From an uncultured Gemmatimonadales bacterium (GTDB lineage: Bacteria > Gemmatimonadota > Gemmatimonadetes > Gemmatimonadales > GWC2-71-9), in contig CAWGRU010000011.1 of assembly GCA_963825065.1 (NCBI GenBank), positions 24,666 to 88,665 of the forward strand: DNA of 64,000 nt. Direction: 5' to 3'. This document shows positions 28,185 through 37,276 of the stretch, piece by piece. Numbering within the stretch: position 1 is the stretch's first letter; each line of letters starts with the position of its first letter. The notes below the pieces were generated by a model. It saw only the letters and a program-made list of their open reading frames with translations, did not search any database and was not told the origin of the DNA. Position numbers and translations under genes: made by a program.

Positions 28185-28288
28185 GGGGGGAAGATAGGAT
28201 TGGCGGACAGGGGAGTAAAGCGAGGGCGGCGGCTGTGCCCGGACGCGATGTGGCAGTGCGGGCCAGGGATGGAGCTCCGGTTTCGCCT

Positions 28289-29437
28289 CTACCCCAGCGC
28301 CTGGTCCAGATCCGCGATGATGTCCGCCGCGTCCTCGATCCCGCAGGAGAGTCGCACGAAACCGTCGGGGATGCCCTGCCGGTTCCGCTGCTCCTCGGTG
28401 AGCCGGGTGTGGCTGGTCAGGCGGGGTTCCGACACCAGGCTCTCCACCCCCGCCAGGCTGGGCGCGTGGGTGATGAGCTTGAGCTTCTTCAGGAATCGCT
28501 CCGCGCCGCGCGCCCCGCCCTTGAGCTCGAGGCCCACCATCCCGCCGAAGCCGCCCAGTACCCGGGCGGCGAATTCGTGATCGGGATGACTCGGGAGCCC
28601 GGGGTAGTGCACCGCCTGGATTCCCTCGCGCGTCTCCGCCCACTCGGCCACCGCGAGCCCGTTGGCGTTGTGGCGCTCCATCCGGACCCCCAGGGTCCGC
28701 ATGCCGCGGTCGATGAGCCAGGCGGCGTGGGGATCGATCGACTGGCCCCACAGACACATCAGCCGGGTCACTTCCTCGATGACCGAGGCGGACCCGGCGA
28801 CCGCCCCACCGATCACGTCGCTGTGACCGTTCAGATACTTGGTGGCGCTGGTGATGACGATATCCGCCGCATGCTCCAGCGGGCGGTAGTTGATCGGGCT
28901 GGCGAAGGTGGCGTCGACCAGCAGCGCGAACCCGCCGTCGCGGGCGATCTGCGCCATCGGGGTCAGGTCCAGGATCCGCATGTTGGGATTGGTCGGCGTC
29001 TCGACGAACACCGCCCGGGTGCTCTTGCGGACCGAGCGGCGCCACAGCCGGGGCTGGTCGGGCTGGACGAAGGTGACGTCGATGCCCAGCCGCCCGAACT
29101 CCTCCTCGAAGAGCCGGCGGGTGCCGCCGTAGATCCAGCTGCTCGAGACCAGGTGATCTCCCGGGCGGAGCACGGCAAGATGCGCCAGCGCCGTCGCGGC
29201 CATGCCGCTGGCGACGAAGATGGCGGATTCCGCCCCCTCGAGCAGCGCGTACTTCGCGGCGAGGCTGGTCTGGTTGGGATTATTGCCGTAGCGGCTGTAC
29301 ATCACCGTCTCGTCGGAGCCGACGGGATTGGTGAAGGTGCTGCTCTGGTAGATGGGGGGGACGACCGGTTCCCAGTCGCCTCGCCGCACGGGCTGGCCGT
29401 GGATGGCGAGGGTGGAGAGCCCGGGCTTCTTCTTCAT
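28289..29437 (-). CDS. PLP-dependent Cys/Met-metabolism enzyme (cystathionine gamma-synthase / beta- or gamma-lyase family)
   Basis: LSTLAIHG and YSRYGNNPNQ blocks. PLP-Lys block SATKYLNGHSDVIGG. The start MKKKPGL overlaps the stop of the upstream gene (ATGA). Confidence 0.85.
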   Translation of the reverse strand: MKKKPGLSTLAIHGQPVRRGDWEPVVPPIYQSSTFTNPVGSDETVMYSRYGNNPNQTSLAAKYALLEGAESAIFVASGMAATALAHLAVLRPGDHLVSSSWIYGGTRRLFEEEFGRLGIDVTFVQPDQPRLWRRSVRKSTRAVFVETPTNPNMRILDLTPMAQIARDGGFALLVDATFASPINYRPLEHAADIVITSATKYLNGHSDVIGGAVAGSASVIEEVTRLMCLWGQSIDPHAAWLIDRGMRTLGVRMERHNANGLAVAEWAETREGIQAVHYPGLPSHPDHEFAARVLGGFGGMVGLELKGGARGAERFLKKLKLITHAPSLAGVESLVSEPRLTSHTRLTEEQRNRQGIPDGFVRLSCGIEDAADIIADLDQALG

Positions 29438-29982
29438 GCGGCGGTGTACGGCAGCGCGTAGCAGCCGGCGTCGTCCCGGACCAGCCGCAGCCGGGCCAGG
29501 CTGTCGAGGGTATCCGCGGTACGCTCCACGCTCCACCCGATCCGGGCGGCCAGCGCCGCAATGGTCGCGGGGCCCTCCGCCTGCAGCGTGAAAAATGCCG
29601 TGCGAAGGTCGGGACTCACCCGACCTACGGGCCGGGCGGCGCCGGCGGGAGTGTCGCAGACCAGGGCGGCGAGGTCGTGATGCTCGAGCACGTGTTCGAT
29701 CGCCTCCAGCTGCTCCTCGCGCAGCCCCTGCAGCACCAGGTAGGTCTCCCCCGGTGGATCGAGCAGCAGCTTGGCAATGATCTCATCGGCGCAGCTGAAG
29801 TCCACCAGCCCGACGTCGGAGAAGTCGAGCATCGTCACGACCGTGCCGTCTCCGCCGTCGGCGACCAGCGCCTGCTGGATGCTGGTCCGGACCGCCCGTC
29901 CGGTCGAACGGGTGACCAGGTCGCAGTACGGCGTCTGGACCGATTCGCGCAGCAGCCGCTCGACCCGGATCGTCTGTCTCAT
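29434..29982 (-). CDS. STAS-like (DUF4325-type) domain fused to a C-terminal winged-HTH; function unknown
   Basis: N-terminal pattern TGRAVRTSIQQAL...VTMLDFSDVGLVDFSCADEIIAKLL resembles the DUF4325/STAS-like signature (LDF.gV..i..SFaDE). The C-terminus PATIAALAARIGWSVERTADTLDSLARLRLVRDD looks like a MarR/ArsR-type wHTH. Confidence 0.55.
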   Translation of the reverse strand: MRQTIRVERLLRESVQTPYCDLVTRSTGRAVRTSIQQALVADGGDGTVVTMLDFSDVGLVDFSCADEIIAKLLLDPPGETYLVLQGLREEQLEAIEHVLEHHDLAALVCDTPAGAARPVGRVSPDLRTAFFTLQAEGPATIAALAARIGWSVERTADTLDSLARLRLVRDDAGCYALPYTAA

Positions 29983-30881
29983 CCGCTGGTGCCCTCCTGG
30001 GCGGGAATTACGATCTGGACCTGTGCCCCGGGAAAGGGGGCGAGGTGTTCCGTCATCGGCGCGTCGTCGTCCCAGGGCGGGACGATGACGATGCGCGCCG
30101 TGCCGCTGCGGATGCTGAACTTGCCCTGCCAGCGGGAGAGATACCGCTTGATGCCTGCGATGCCCTGGCCGCGGCCCGGATCGCGGAAGCGGCTGACATT
30201 CTGGATGACCGCCGCCTCCAGCGCGGCGCCGTCACCCCAGCGATCTCCGAAGCGGCGGGCCTGCGTCGCCTCGAGCGAGCGCCGGAAGCCGACCCCGGAG
30301 TCACCCACCGCGATAACCACGACCCGTCGGCCGAGCCGCTTGCGGAAGCTATACGCATGGACCGAAACCCACCCGCCGGTGCCGGCGTGCTCTACAATAT
30401 TCTGGCACGCCTCCGAAAGTGCCATGGCGAATCCCATCGTCGCCTTGGCCTCGAGCCCCAGTTCGCCATGCAGGATCCGCGCAGCACCTTCCTGGATCTT
30501 GCCGACCACGGCGTGCACGTCCTCCGACGCGCGAACCGGGGTGACATCGAGGAGCACGTCGGAGTGGGCGTCCGGCTTGAGTTTCGGCACCTTGCCGTGG
30601 AGCTCCACCATCTCGGCCAGGTGTCCGAAGAACCCGGTCCGCGCCCAGTAGCGGCGTACATCCTCCGAGACCGGGACCGTGAAGCCGGGCACCGGCCCTC
30701 CCGCCTCGCGGACCGCCTGCGCCGCGGCGAGCATCCCCACCAGCCCGAATGGGGACGCCCACTGGGCGCCGCGGGCATCGAACAGGATCCGGTCGGTCGG
30801 AGGCCCCGCCGAAAACGACTGGGCGAACTGCTCGAAGCTCCGGTCGTCGAACGACGCCGGCACCTCCACCACCCGGCTCAC
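29979..30881 (-). CDS. GHKL (HATPase_c) ATP-binding protein, anti-sigma-factor-kinase-like, with an uncharacterised N-terminal domain
   Basis: N-box SEACQNIVEHAG, G1 box VGDSGVG, G2-like GRGQGIAGI. There is no His-kinase dimerisation/H-box. GTG start overlaps the pfkB-family stop (GTGA), and the stop overlaps the next start (ATGA). Confidence 0.65.
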   Translation of the reverse strand: MSRVVEVPASFDDRSFEQFAQSFSAGPPTDRILFDARGAQWASPFGLVGMLAAAQAVREAGGPVPGFTVPVSEDVRRYWARTGFFGHLAEMVELHGKVPKLKPDAHSDVLLDVTPVRASEDVHAVVGKIQEGAARILHGELGLEAKATMGFAMALSEACQNIVEHAGTGGWVSVHAYSFRKRLGRRVVVIAVGDSGVGFRRSLEATQARRFGDRWGDGAALEAAVIQNVSRFRDPGRGQGIAGIKRYLSRWQGKFSIRSGTARIVIVPPWDDDAPMTEHLAPFPGAQVQIVIPAQEGTSG

Positions 30882-31831
30882 GCGCCTTCTCCCGAGGTGA
30901 CCAGCTCGCCCCGCAGCAGCCGACCGAGTCGGGTGGCGCCGCGCAGCGACGCATTGCGCGCCGCCAGCTGGTTCGCCTCCGCGATCGCGGCCTCCGGCGA
31001 GCGGCCCGCCAGCAGGTTGGCGCAGAGCACCGCACCGAAGACATCGCCACACCCGGTGGGATCCAGGGCGTCGACCTGGGGCGCCGGGACCAGCGCGGTG
31101 CGGACCGCCGAGCCGTCCTGTCGGCGTCGGCCGAGTCCGTCGAATTCCGGCGCGGCGAAATAGACCGCGCCCCGGGGCCCCAGGGTGACCACCAGGAGAC
31201 TCACCCCGGCAGCCATCGCCTGCGCGGCGAGCGCCATCGGGTCGGCCGCGAACTGGGCCATTTCGTCCTCGTTCATCTGCACGACGTCGAAGCAGGCGAG
31301 CCACGCCGCCGGATCGGTCAGCGGCCGCAGCACCCGGATCCCATCCTGCGGCATGCCGAAGAGCAGGCTGTGCATGTCGGCGTAGATCGGTCCGGTGAAG
31401 GCCTGCCGGAGCGCCTGGGCGGTGCCGAGTTCGAGCTCGAATCCGGAGATGAAATTCAGGTAGATCGCGTCGAGGTCGCGGACCATCGGGCCCAGCTCCG
31501 CCCAGGTCCAGCCCGGGACGCCGCCGCTCATCCGCTCGGTGCGGCGGTCCCCCGACTGGTAGCGCAGGGTGACCCGGTTGTTCGGGACGGGCACCTCGAC
31601 GCAGCGGCCTCCGGGCACCAGCCGCTGCAGCCCGGCGAGCAGCTCGGCCGCCTCGTCGCGAAGGTCGCTGCCCACCTTGATCAGCGGAACCAGCTCCCAT
31701 GAGGGCGGCAGTGCGGCGTCGAAGCCGCCGAGGGCGTACGCGATTCCACCCCACTCCTCGACCGGAGCGGTGGCGGGATCACGGCCATGGATCACGTCCC
31801 AGACCAGCGAGCCGAGGATGCCGACCTTCAA
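30878..31831 (-). CDS. PfkB-family carbohydrate/nucleoside kinase
   Basis: C-terminal PfkB signature DPTGCGDVFGAVL and N-terminal KVGILGSLVWD. TTG start overlaps the ROK kinase stop (TTGA). Confidence 0.7.
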   Translation of the reverse strand: MKVGILGSLVWDVIHGRDPATAPVEEWGGIAYALGGFDAALPPSWELVPLIKVGSDLRDEAAELLAGLQRLVPGGRCVEVPVPNNRVTLRYQSGDRRTERMSGGVPGWTWAELGPMVRDLDAIYLNFISGFELELGTAQALRQAFTGPIYADMHSLLFGMPQDGIRVLRPLTDPAAWLACFDVVQMNEDEMAQFAADPMALAAQAMAAGVSLLVVTLGPRGAVYFAAPEFDGLGRRRQDGSAVRTALVPAPQVDALDPTGCGDVFGAVLCANLLAGRSPEAAIAEANQLAARNASLRGATRLGRLLRGELVTSGEGA

Positions 31832-32808
31832 ATGATCCCCGCCTCCACCTGCTCGACGTAGGCCCGCGCGGCGCCATAGACCCCCGCGACCCCCGTGAGC
31901 TCCCCGGGCACGATTCGGCAGACCTGCACCGCCGGCTTGAAGGCGCGGCGCGAGACCTCGCGGCGGAGCGGGCCGAACAGGCTGTCGCCCGCGAGCGTCA
32001 CTCCGCCCACGATGACCACCGCCTCGGGATTGAAGATGTTGATGAGACCGCCGATGGCAGCACCGAGAAACTTGGCGGTGTCGCGGACCACCTCGAGCGC
32101 GAGTTCGTCGCCGGCCTGGGCCGCCTTGTAGACGGTCTGGGCGGTGATCTTGCTCAGTTCGCCGCCGACATACGAAGGGAGGCTCGATTCGGCGCCGCTC
32201 TCCAGCGCCTCCACCGCGCGCAGCGCGATGTTCGGCCCGCTGGCGTACGCCTCGATGCAGCCGTAGTTGCCGCACTTGCAGCGCCGGCCGTTGGCATCGA
32301 TGGTGATGTGTCCGAACTCGCCGGCGATGTCGGACGCGCCGTGGTAGAGGCGGCCATCGATGATGATCCCGCCGCCGATGCCCGTCCCGATGGTCAGGCC
32401 GATCGTGTTCCGGGTGCCGCGCGCCGCGCCGCGCCACCACTCACCCAGCACGGCGCAGTTGGCGTCGTTGTCGAGCGCCGCGCGCAGTCCCAGTCCGTCC
32501 TGCAACCGCTGCCGGAGCGGCATGTTGACCCAGCCGAGGTTCGGCGTGAGCAGCACGACCCCGGACCGGGTGTCGAGCGGTCCCGGTGCGCCGACTCCGG
32601 CGCCGATGACCTCCAGATCGGGCACCTCAACGCGGCTCTCCGCGATACTCTGCTTGGCGGCCGCAATGATCCGCTGCACCACGGCGTCGGGGCCCTGCTC
32701 CGCGCCGGTCGGTACGCTGACCACCCCGTGAATGGACGACCCGTCCTCGGCCACGCAGCCGCAGACGATGTTGGTGCCTCCGAGATCGATGCCGACGATT
32801 GTGCGCAT
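31828..32808 (-). CDS. ROK-family glucokinase
   Basis: MRTIVGIDLGGTNI, DNDANCAVLGE, and ROK zinc motif CKCGNYGCIEAYASG. Confidence 0.85.
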   Translation of the reverse strand: MRTIVGIDLGGTNIVCGCVAEDGSSIHGVVSVPTGAEQGPDAVVQRIIAAAKQSIAESRVEVPDLEVIGAGVGAPGPLDTRSGVVLLTPNLGWVNMPLRQRLQDGLGLRAALDNDANCAVLGEWWRGAARGTRNTIGLTIGTGIGGGIIIDGRLYHGASDIAGEFGHITIDANGRRCKCGNYGCIEAYASGPNIALRAVEALESGAESSLPSYVGGELSKITAQTVYKAAQAGDELALEVVRDTAKFLGAAIGGLINIFNPEAVVIVGGVTLAGDSLFGPLRREVSRRAFKPAVQVCRIVPGELTGVAGVYGAARAYVEQVEAGII

Positions 32809-32928
32809 GGCGGGGCGGGGCCGGGGAGATCAGGTCAGGGAATGGGGGAATGATAGGATGAGTGCGCCAATCTCTCCACTCTGCGGGCCGGTGCCCGCCG
32901 TCCCGCCAGCGCTTCGGCTGCCCGCGCC

Positions 32929-33978
32929 TCACGAGGTGGCGGCGCCCCGCAACCGGGCGTGAATCGCCTCGAGGACACGAGCCACCTGCAGCTCCCGCAT
33001 GCAGCGGTGGTGGCCGAGGGGACAGGTCATCGGCCCGTGGGGCGAACAGGGGCGGCAGGGCAGGCCGGTCTGCTCGATCACCTGGTCCTCGACGCCGATC
33101 GGGCCGAAACCGAAGCGGGTGACCGTCGGGCCGAAGATGGCGACCACGGGTCGGCCCAGCGCGGTGGCGAGGTGCAGCGCGACGGAGTCGTTGGTCACCA
33201 GCAGCACCGAGCGCTCGATCACCGCGGCCGACTCGCGCAGGGTGAGCGCGCCCACCGCGTCTCGCACCCGGCCCGGCGCGGCGCGTACGACGGCCGTGCC
33301 GAGCTCCGCATCCTCCGGCCCGCCCAGCACCACGGCCGGAACCTCGAGTACCGACGCCAGGTCCGGGAAGTACGGCCAGCGCTTGGTGCCCCACCGCGAT
33401 CCTGGTGCGAGCGCGATGAACGGCTCGACCAGCCCCCGCGCACTGAGCCAGTCCTCCGCGCGGGTCCGGTCCGGCGCGGTGAGCACGAGCCACGGTGCCG
33501 AAGGTGGCGCCCCGGTACCCGCGAGGGCGGCCAGTCGCGTGCTCATGTGACCTGCTGCCGGTCGCCTCACGCGTGCGGTGCAGGCGATGGCGCCCGGCGC
33601 CCCTTCGAAGCCGATGCGCTCCGCCGCGCCCGCCAGCCAGGCCAGCGCCGCCGAACGCAGCGAACCGTGGGGCAGGAAGGCGCGGGCGTAGCCGGCCGGG
33701 CGGAGCGCGCGCCCAACCCGGAGCAGGCCACCGAGGCCTTTGTCGGCGCCATGCTTGTCGAACGGGATCACGCGATGGACTGCCGGATGGGTCTCGACCA
33801 GCGGGAGTGCCGCGGGTGTGGTCACGACGTCGACTGGGCCGTGCCGATCCGCCAGCCGCTGGATCAGCGGAAGTGTGAGGACGACGTCGCCCAGGTGGGC
33901 GGTCTGGATGACGAGAGTTCCAAGGTTCGAGTTCCCGATTCCGAGTGAGGTGGCCTTGTGTCCTGACTCGCTGACCAT
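32929..33978 (-). CDS. Glycosyltransferase family 9 (ADP-heptose:LPS heptosyltransferase-like)
   Basis: LVIQTAHLGDVVLTLPLIQRL, HPAVHRVIPFD and LLVTNDSVALHLATALGRPVVAIFGPT. The start may be 34014 or 33978. Confidence 0.75.
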   Translation of the reverse strand: MVSESGHKATSLGIGNSNLGTLVIQTAHLGDVVLTLPLIQRLADRHGPVDVVTTPAALPLVETHPAVHRVIPFDKHGADKGLGGLLRVGRALRPAGYARAFLPHGSLRSAALAWLAGAAERIGFEGAPGAIACTARVRRPAAGHMSTRLAALAGTGAPPSAPWLVLTAPDRTRAEDWLSARGLVEPFIALAPGSRWGTKRWPYFPDLASVLEVPAVVLGGPEDAELGTAVVRAAPGRVRDAVGALTLRESAAVIERSVLLVTNDSVALHLATALGRPVVAIFGPTVTRFGFGPIGVEDQVIEQTGLPCRPCSPHGPMTCPLGHHRCMRELQVARVLEAIHARLRGAATS

Positions 33979-34027
33979 CTCCCCTCGCTCCCGATCGAAC
34001 CCGGTTCTCGGCACCCGGAACTCGCTG

Positions 34028-35827
34028 TCAGTCGACCTGCAGCACCGCCAGGAAGGCTTCCTGCGGAATCTCCACCTGGCCGAGCTGCTTCATCCGCTTC
34101 TTGCCCTCTTTCTGCTTCTCGAGGAGCTTCCGCTTGCGGGTGATGTCACCGCCGTAGCACTTGGCCAGCACGTCCTTGCGCAGTGCCGAAATGGTCTCGC
34201 GGGCGATGATCTTGTTGCCGATCGCCGCCTGAATCGCGACCACAAAGAGCTGCCGCGGGATCAGCTCCTTGAGCTTCTCCGAGATCTTCCGCCCGAACTC
34301 GTAGGCCTTGTCCTTGTGGATGATGACGCTGAAGGCGTCGACGGTTTCGCCGTTGATGAGCATGTCGAGGCGCACCAGGTCCGATTCCCGGTAACCCGCC
34401 AGCTCGTAGTCCATCGCCGCATAGCCGCGGGAGATCCCCTTCAGCTTGTCGTAGAAGTCGAGCACGATCTCCCCGAGCGGGAAGTCGAAGTCGAATTCGA
34501 CCCGGCTGGTGTCGAGGTACTTCATGCCGTGATAGATGCCGCGACGATCGGTGCCCAGCTTCATGATGCCGCCGATGTACTCGACCGGCGTCATGATGCG
34601 CGCCTTCACGTACGGCTCCTCGATCTTCGAGATTGTTGCGGGATCGGGAAGCTTGGTCGGATTCTCGAGCAGCGTCATGGTCCCGTCGGTGAGGTAGACG
34701 TAGTACTCCACCGTGGGGACCGTGGTGATGAGGTCGAGGTTGAACTCGCGCTGCAGCCGCTCGGCCACGATCTCCATGTGCAGCAGCCCCAGGAAGCCGC
34801 AGCGGAAGCCGAAGCCGAGGGCGGTCGACGTCTCCGGCTCGTACTGGAGGCTGGCGTCGTTGAGCTTGAGCTTGGCCAGCGCGTCGCGCAGCGGCTCGTA
34901 CTGCTCGCTGTCGGTCGGGTAGAGACCGGCGAACACCATGGGCTTCACGTCGCGGTAGCCGGGCAGCAGTGCGCTCGCCCGCTCATTGGCGTCGAGAATG
35001 GTATCGCCCGCCCGGGTGTCGCCGACGGTGCGGGTATTCGCGACGACGTAGCCGACCTCGCCCGCCTCCAGCACGCCGGTGGGGCGCTGGCCAAGCTGGA
35101 GGTAGCCCACCTCGTCGACGGTATAGACGTCGTCGGGGTGCGCGCCAAAGGCGATTTCCATGCCCTTGCGGAGTGTCCCGTCCACCACCCGGATGCTGGG
35201 AATGGCACCGCGGTAGCGGTCGAAATAGGAATCGAAGATCAGCGCCCGGAGCGGGGCCTCGGGATTGCCCCGCGGCATCGGGACCCGCTTCACCACCGCC
35301 TCCAGCAGGTCGGGCACGCCGGTGCCCTCCTTGGCCGAGACCGACAGGATTTCCTCGCGCCGCGACCCGATCAGGTCCATGATCTCCTTGGCGCGCCGCT
35401 CGGGCTCGGCGCCCGGCAGATCGATCTTGTTCAGGACCGGGATGATCTCGAGCCCGGCATCCATCGCCAGAAACAGGTTCGACAGCGTCTGGGCCTGGAC
35501 CCCCTGGCTGGCGTCGACCACGAGGATCGCCCCTTCGCAGGCCGCCAGGGAGCGGGAGACTTCGTAGGTGAAGTCCACGTGGCCCGGCGTGTCGATCAGG
35601 TTCAGCTCGTACTCCTGCCCGTCGCGCGACTGGTAGCTCATGCGCACGGCGTTCAGCTTGATCGTGATTCCGCGCTCGCGCTCGAGATCCATGGTGTCGA
35701 GGAGCTGCTCGCGCATGAGGCGCTTCTCGACCGCGCCGGTGGCCTCGATCAGCCGGTCGGCCAGGGTGCTCTTGCCATGGTCGATATGCGCGACGATGCA
35801 GAAATTCCGGATGCGTGACTGCTTCAT
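34028..35827 (-). CDS. lepA: Translation elongation factor 4
   Basis: [29 protein letters not shown] and NKIDL motifs, plus the LepA C-terminal domain ..[21 protein letters not shown]. Confidence 0.95.
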   Translation of the reverse strand: MKQSRIRNFCIVAHIDHGKSTLADRLIEATGAVEKRLMREQLLDTMDLERERGITIKLNAVRMSYQSRDGQEYELNLIDTPGHVDFTYEVSRSLAACEGAILVVDASQGVQAQTLSNLFLAMDAGLEIIPVLNKIDLPGAEPERRAKEIMDLIGSRREEILSVSAKEGTGVPDLLEAVVKRVPMPRGNPEAPLRALIFDSYFDRYRGAIPSIRVVDGTLRKGMEIAFGAHPDDVYTVDEVGYLQLGQRPTGVLEAGEVGYVVANTRTVGDTRAGDTILDANERASALLPGYRDVKPMVFAGLYPTDSEQYEPLRDALAKLKLNDASLQYEPETSTALGFGFRCGFLGLLHMEIVAERLQREFNLDLITTVPTVEYYVYLTDGTMTLLENPTKLPDPATISKIEEPYVKARIMTPVEYIGGIMKLGTDRRGIYHGMKYLDTSRVEFDFDFPLGEIVLDFYDKLKGISRGYAAMDYELAGYRESDLVRLDMLINGETVDAFSVIIHKDKAYEFGRKISEKLKELIPRQLFVVAIQAAIGNKIIARETISALRKDVLAKCYGGDITRKRKLLEKQKEGKKRMKQLGQVEIPQEAFLAVLQVD

Positions 35828-35851
35828 GGCGGGGAATATAGCCCCTCCCCC

Positions 35852-36805
35852 TTGCCCCCGTCCGTCCGGCCCCGATTACCCTTCCGCATGCGCCGCCTTC
35901 CCTCACCCCACGCCGGCATGCTGCTGGTCGTGCTCTTCTGGGGCGGGAACTACGCCGTCTCCAAGCTCACCTTCAGCGAGATCCCGCCGCTCGCCTTCAC
36001 CGCGCTTCGCTTTGCCACGGGATCGCTGCTGCTCTGGCTGCTGCTGGGCCGTGCCGAACCGACCCGCGCGGTGCCCCGGCACCTCTGGGGCCGCCTGCTC
36101 CTCCTCGGGCTGGTGGGCAACACCCTGTACCAGCTCTGCTTCATCACGGGACTCTCCCGCACCAGCGCCACCAATACCGCACTGATCCTCGCCGCGATGC
36201 CCACCGTCGTGACCGTTGCCTCCGGGCTCCTCGGACACGAGCGCATTCCGCCCCGGCAGTACGCTGCCCTGGCCCTCGCCACCGTCGGGGTGATCGCGGT
36301 CATCGCCGCTCGCGGCCTCGATGTCCATGGCGACTGGACCGGCGATCTGCTCATCCTCGGCGGCGTCGCCTGCTGGACCGTCTACACGGTCGGGCTCCGG
36401 CACGTCGGTGGACAGATCTCGGCGCTCGGGGTGACCACATGGGGGCTGCTCGCGGGTACGCCCGGCCTCCTGCTCGTCGGTCTGCCCTCGCTCACCCGCA
36501 TGCACTGGGGCGCGGTCAGCGCAGTGGCCTGGGCCGGGCTGGCGTACTCCACCCTGTTGTCGCTGGTCGCCGCCTACTTTCTGTGGAGCCGGGCGGTGCA
36601 GCGGTTGGGCGCGTCCCGGGCGGCGCTCTACACCTGTGCGAGCCCGCTGGTGGCTGCCGTCACGGCCATGATCCTGCTCGGCGAACGACCCACTCCGGTG
36701 CATTTCTTCGGGGGAGCGTGCATCATCGGTGGCGTGCTGCTGGGGCAGCGCCGATCGGAGCCGGAGGCGGTCCGCCCCGCGGCGGGCGCCGCGGTTGATT
36801 CCTGA
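35852..36805 (+). CDS. EamA/DMT family transporter
   Basis: Ten-TM-type hydrophobic profile with duplicated EamA halves ([16 protein letters not shown]..., [16 protein letters not shown]...). Start is TTG 35852 or ATG 35888. Confidence 0.75.
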   Translation: MPPSVRPRLPFRMRRLPSPHAGMLLVVLFWGGNYAVSKLTFSEIPPLAFTALRFATGSLLLWLLLGRAEPTRAVPRHLWGRLLLLGLVGNTLYQLCFITGLSRTSATNTALILAAMPTVVTVASGLLGHERIPPRQYAALALATVGVIAVIAARGLDVHGDWTGDLLILGGVACWTVYTVGLRHVGGQISALGVTTWGLLAGTPGLLLVGLPSLTRMHWGAVSAVAWAGLAYSTLLSLVAAYFLWSRAVQRLGASRAALYTCASPLVAAVTAMILLGERPTPVHFFGGACIIGGVLLGQRRSEPEAVRPAAGAAVDS

Positions 36806-36825
36806 CGGGCGGCCGTCGCAAACCG

Positions 36826-37188
36826 TCAGCGGCCCGGTTCGCGCTCCAGCTCCTCCAGCCGCGCCATCGCGCGCCGCAGGTGAGGGATGACGATGCTGCC
36901 CCCCACCACCAGGCCCACCGAGAAGATCTCGAGAAACTCCTCGCGCGTGGTGCCCTCCTCGTGGCAGCGCACCACGTGATAGGTCACGCAATCATCGCAA
37001 CGCAGCACCAGGCTCGAGACCAGGCCCAGCATCTCCTTGGTCTTGGTGCCCAGGGCGCCCGGCTCGTAGCACCGGTGATCCAGCGCGAAGAAGCGATTCA
37101 GCGTGAGGTTGCCCGCATTCAGGATGATGTCGTTCATCCGGCTGCGGAAGGCGTTGAATTCGGCGAGGGTCGGAGTCGAGTCGGTCAT
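36826..37188 (-). CDS. Carboxymuconolactone decarboxylase / AhpD-like family protein
   Basis: 120 aa with the CxxC-type motif LRCDDCVTYH that is typical of the family. Confidence 0.7.
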   Translation of the reverse strand: MTDSTPTLAEFNAFRSRMNDIILNAGNLTLNRFFALDHRCYEPGALGTKTKEMLGLVSSLVLRCDDCVTYHVVRCHEEGTTREEFLEIFSVGLVVGGSIVIPHLRRAMARLEELEREPGR

Positions 37189-37276
37189 GCGGGGAAATCT
37201 GGCGGGAAGGGGGTGGGGGAGCCAGCCGATGCGGCGGCGGCGCCCGAAGGCCCCGCCGCCCGCAGGGACTGTCGCC

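Noticed and set aside
28185-29045. An N-terminal extension of the ftsE ORF (27498..29045) overlapping the Cys/Met-metabolism gene.
   Set aside because: The FtsE family N-terminus (IRFSHVFKDY) begins at GTG 28184. The upstream part is an alternative frame of the PLP enzyme gene.
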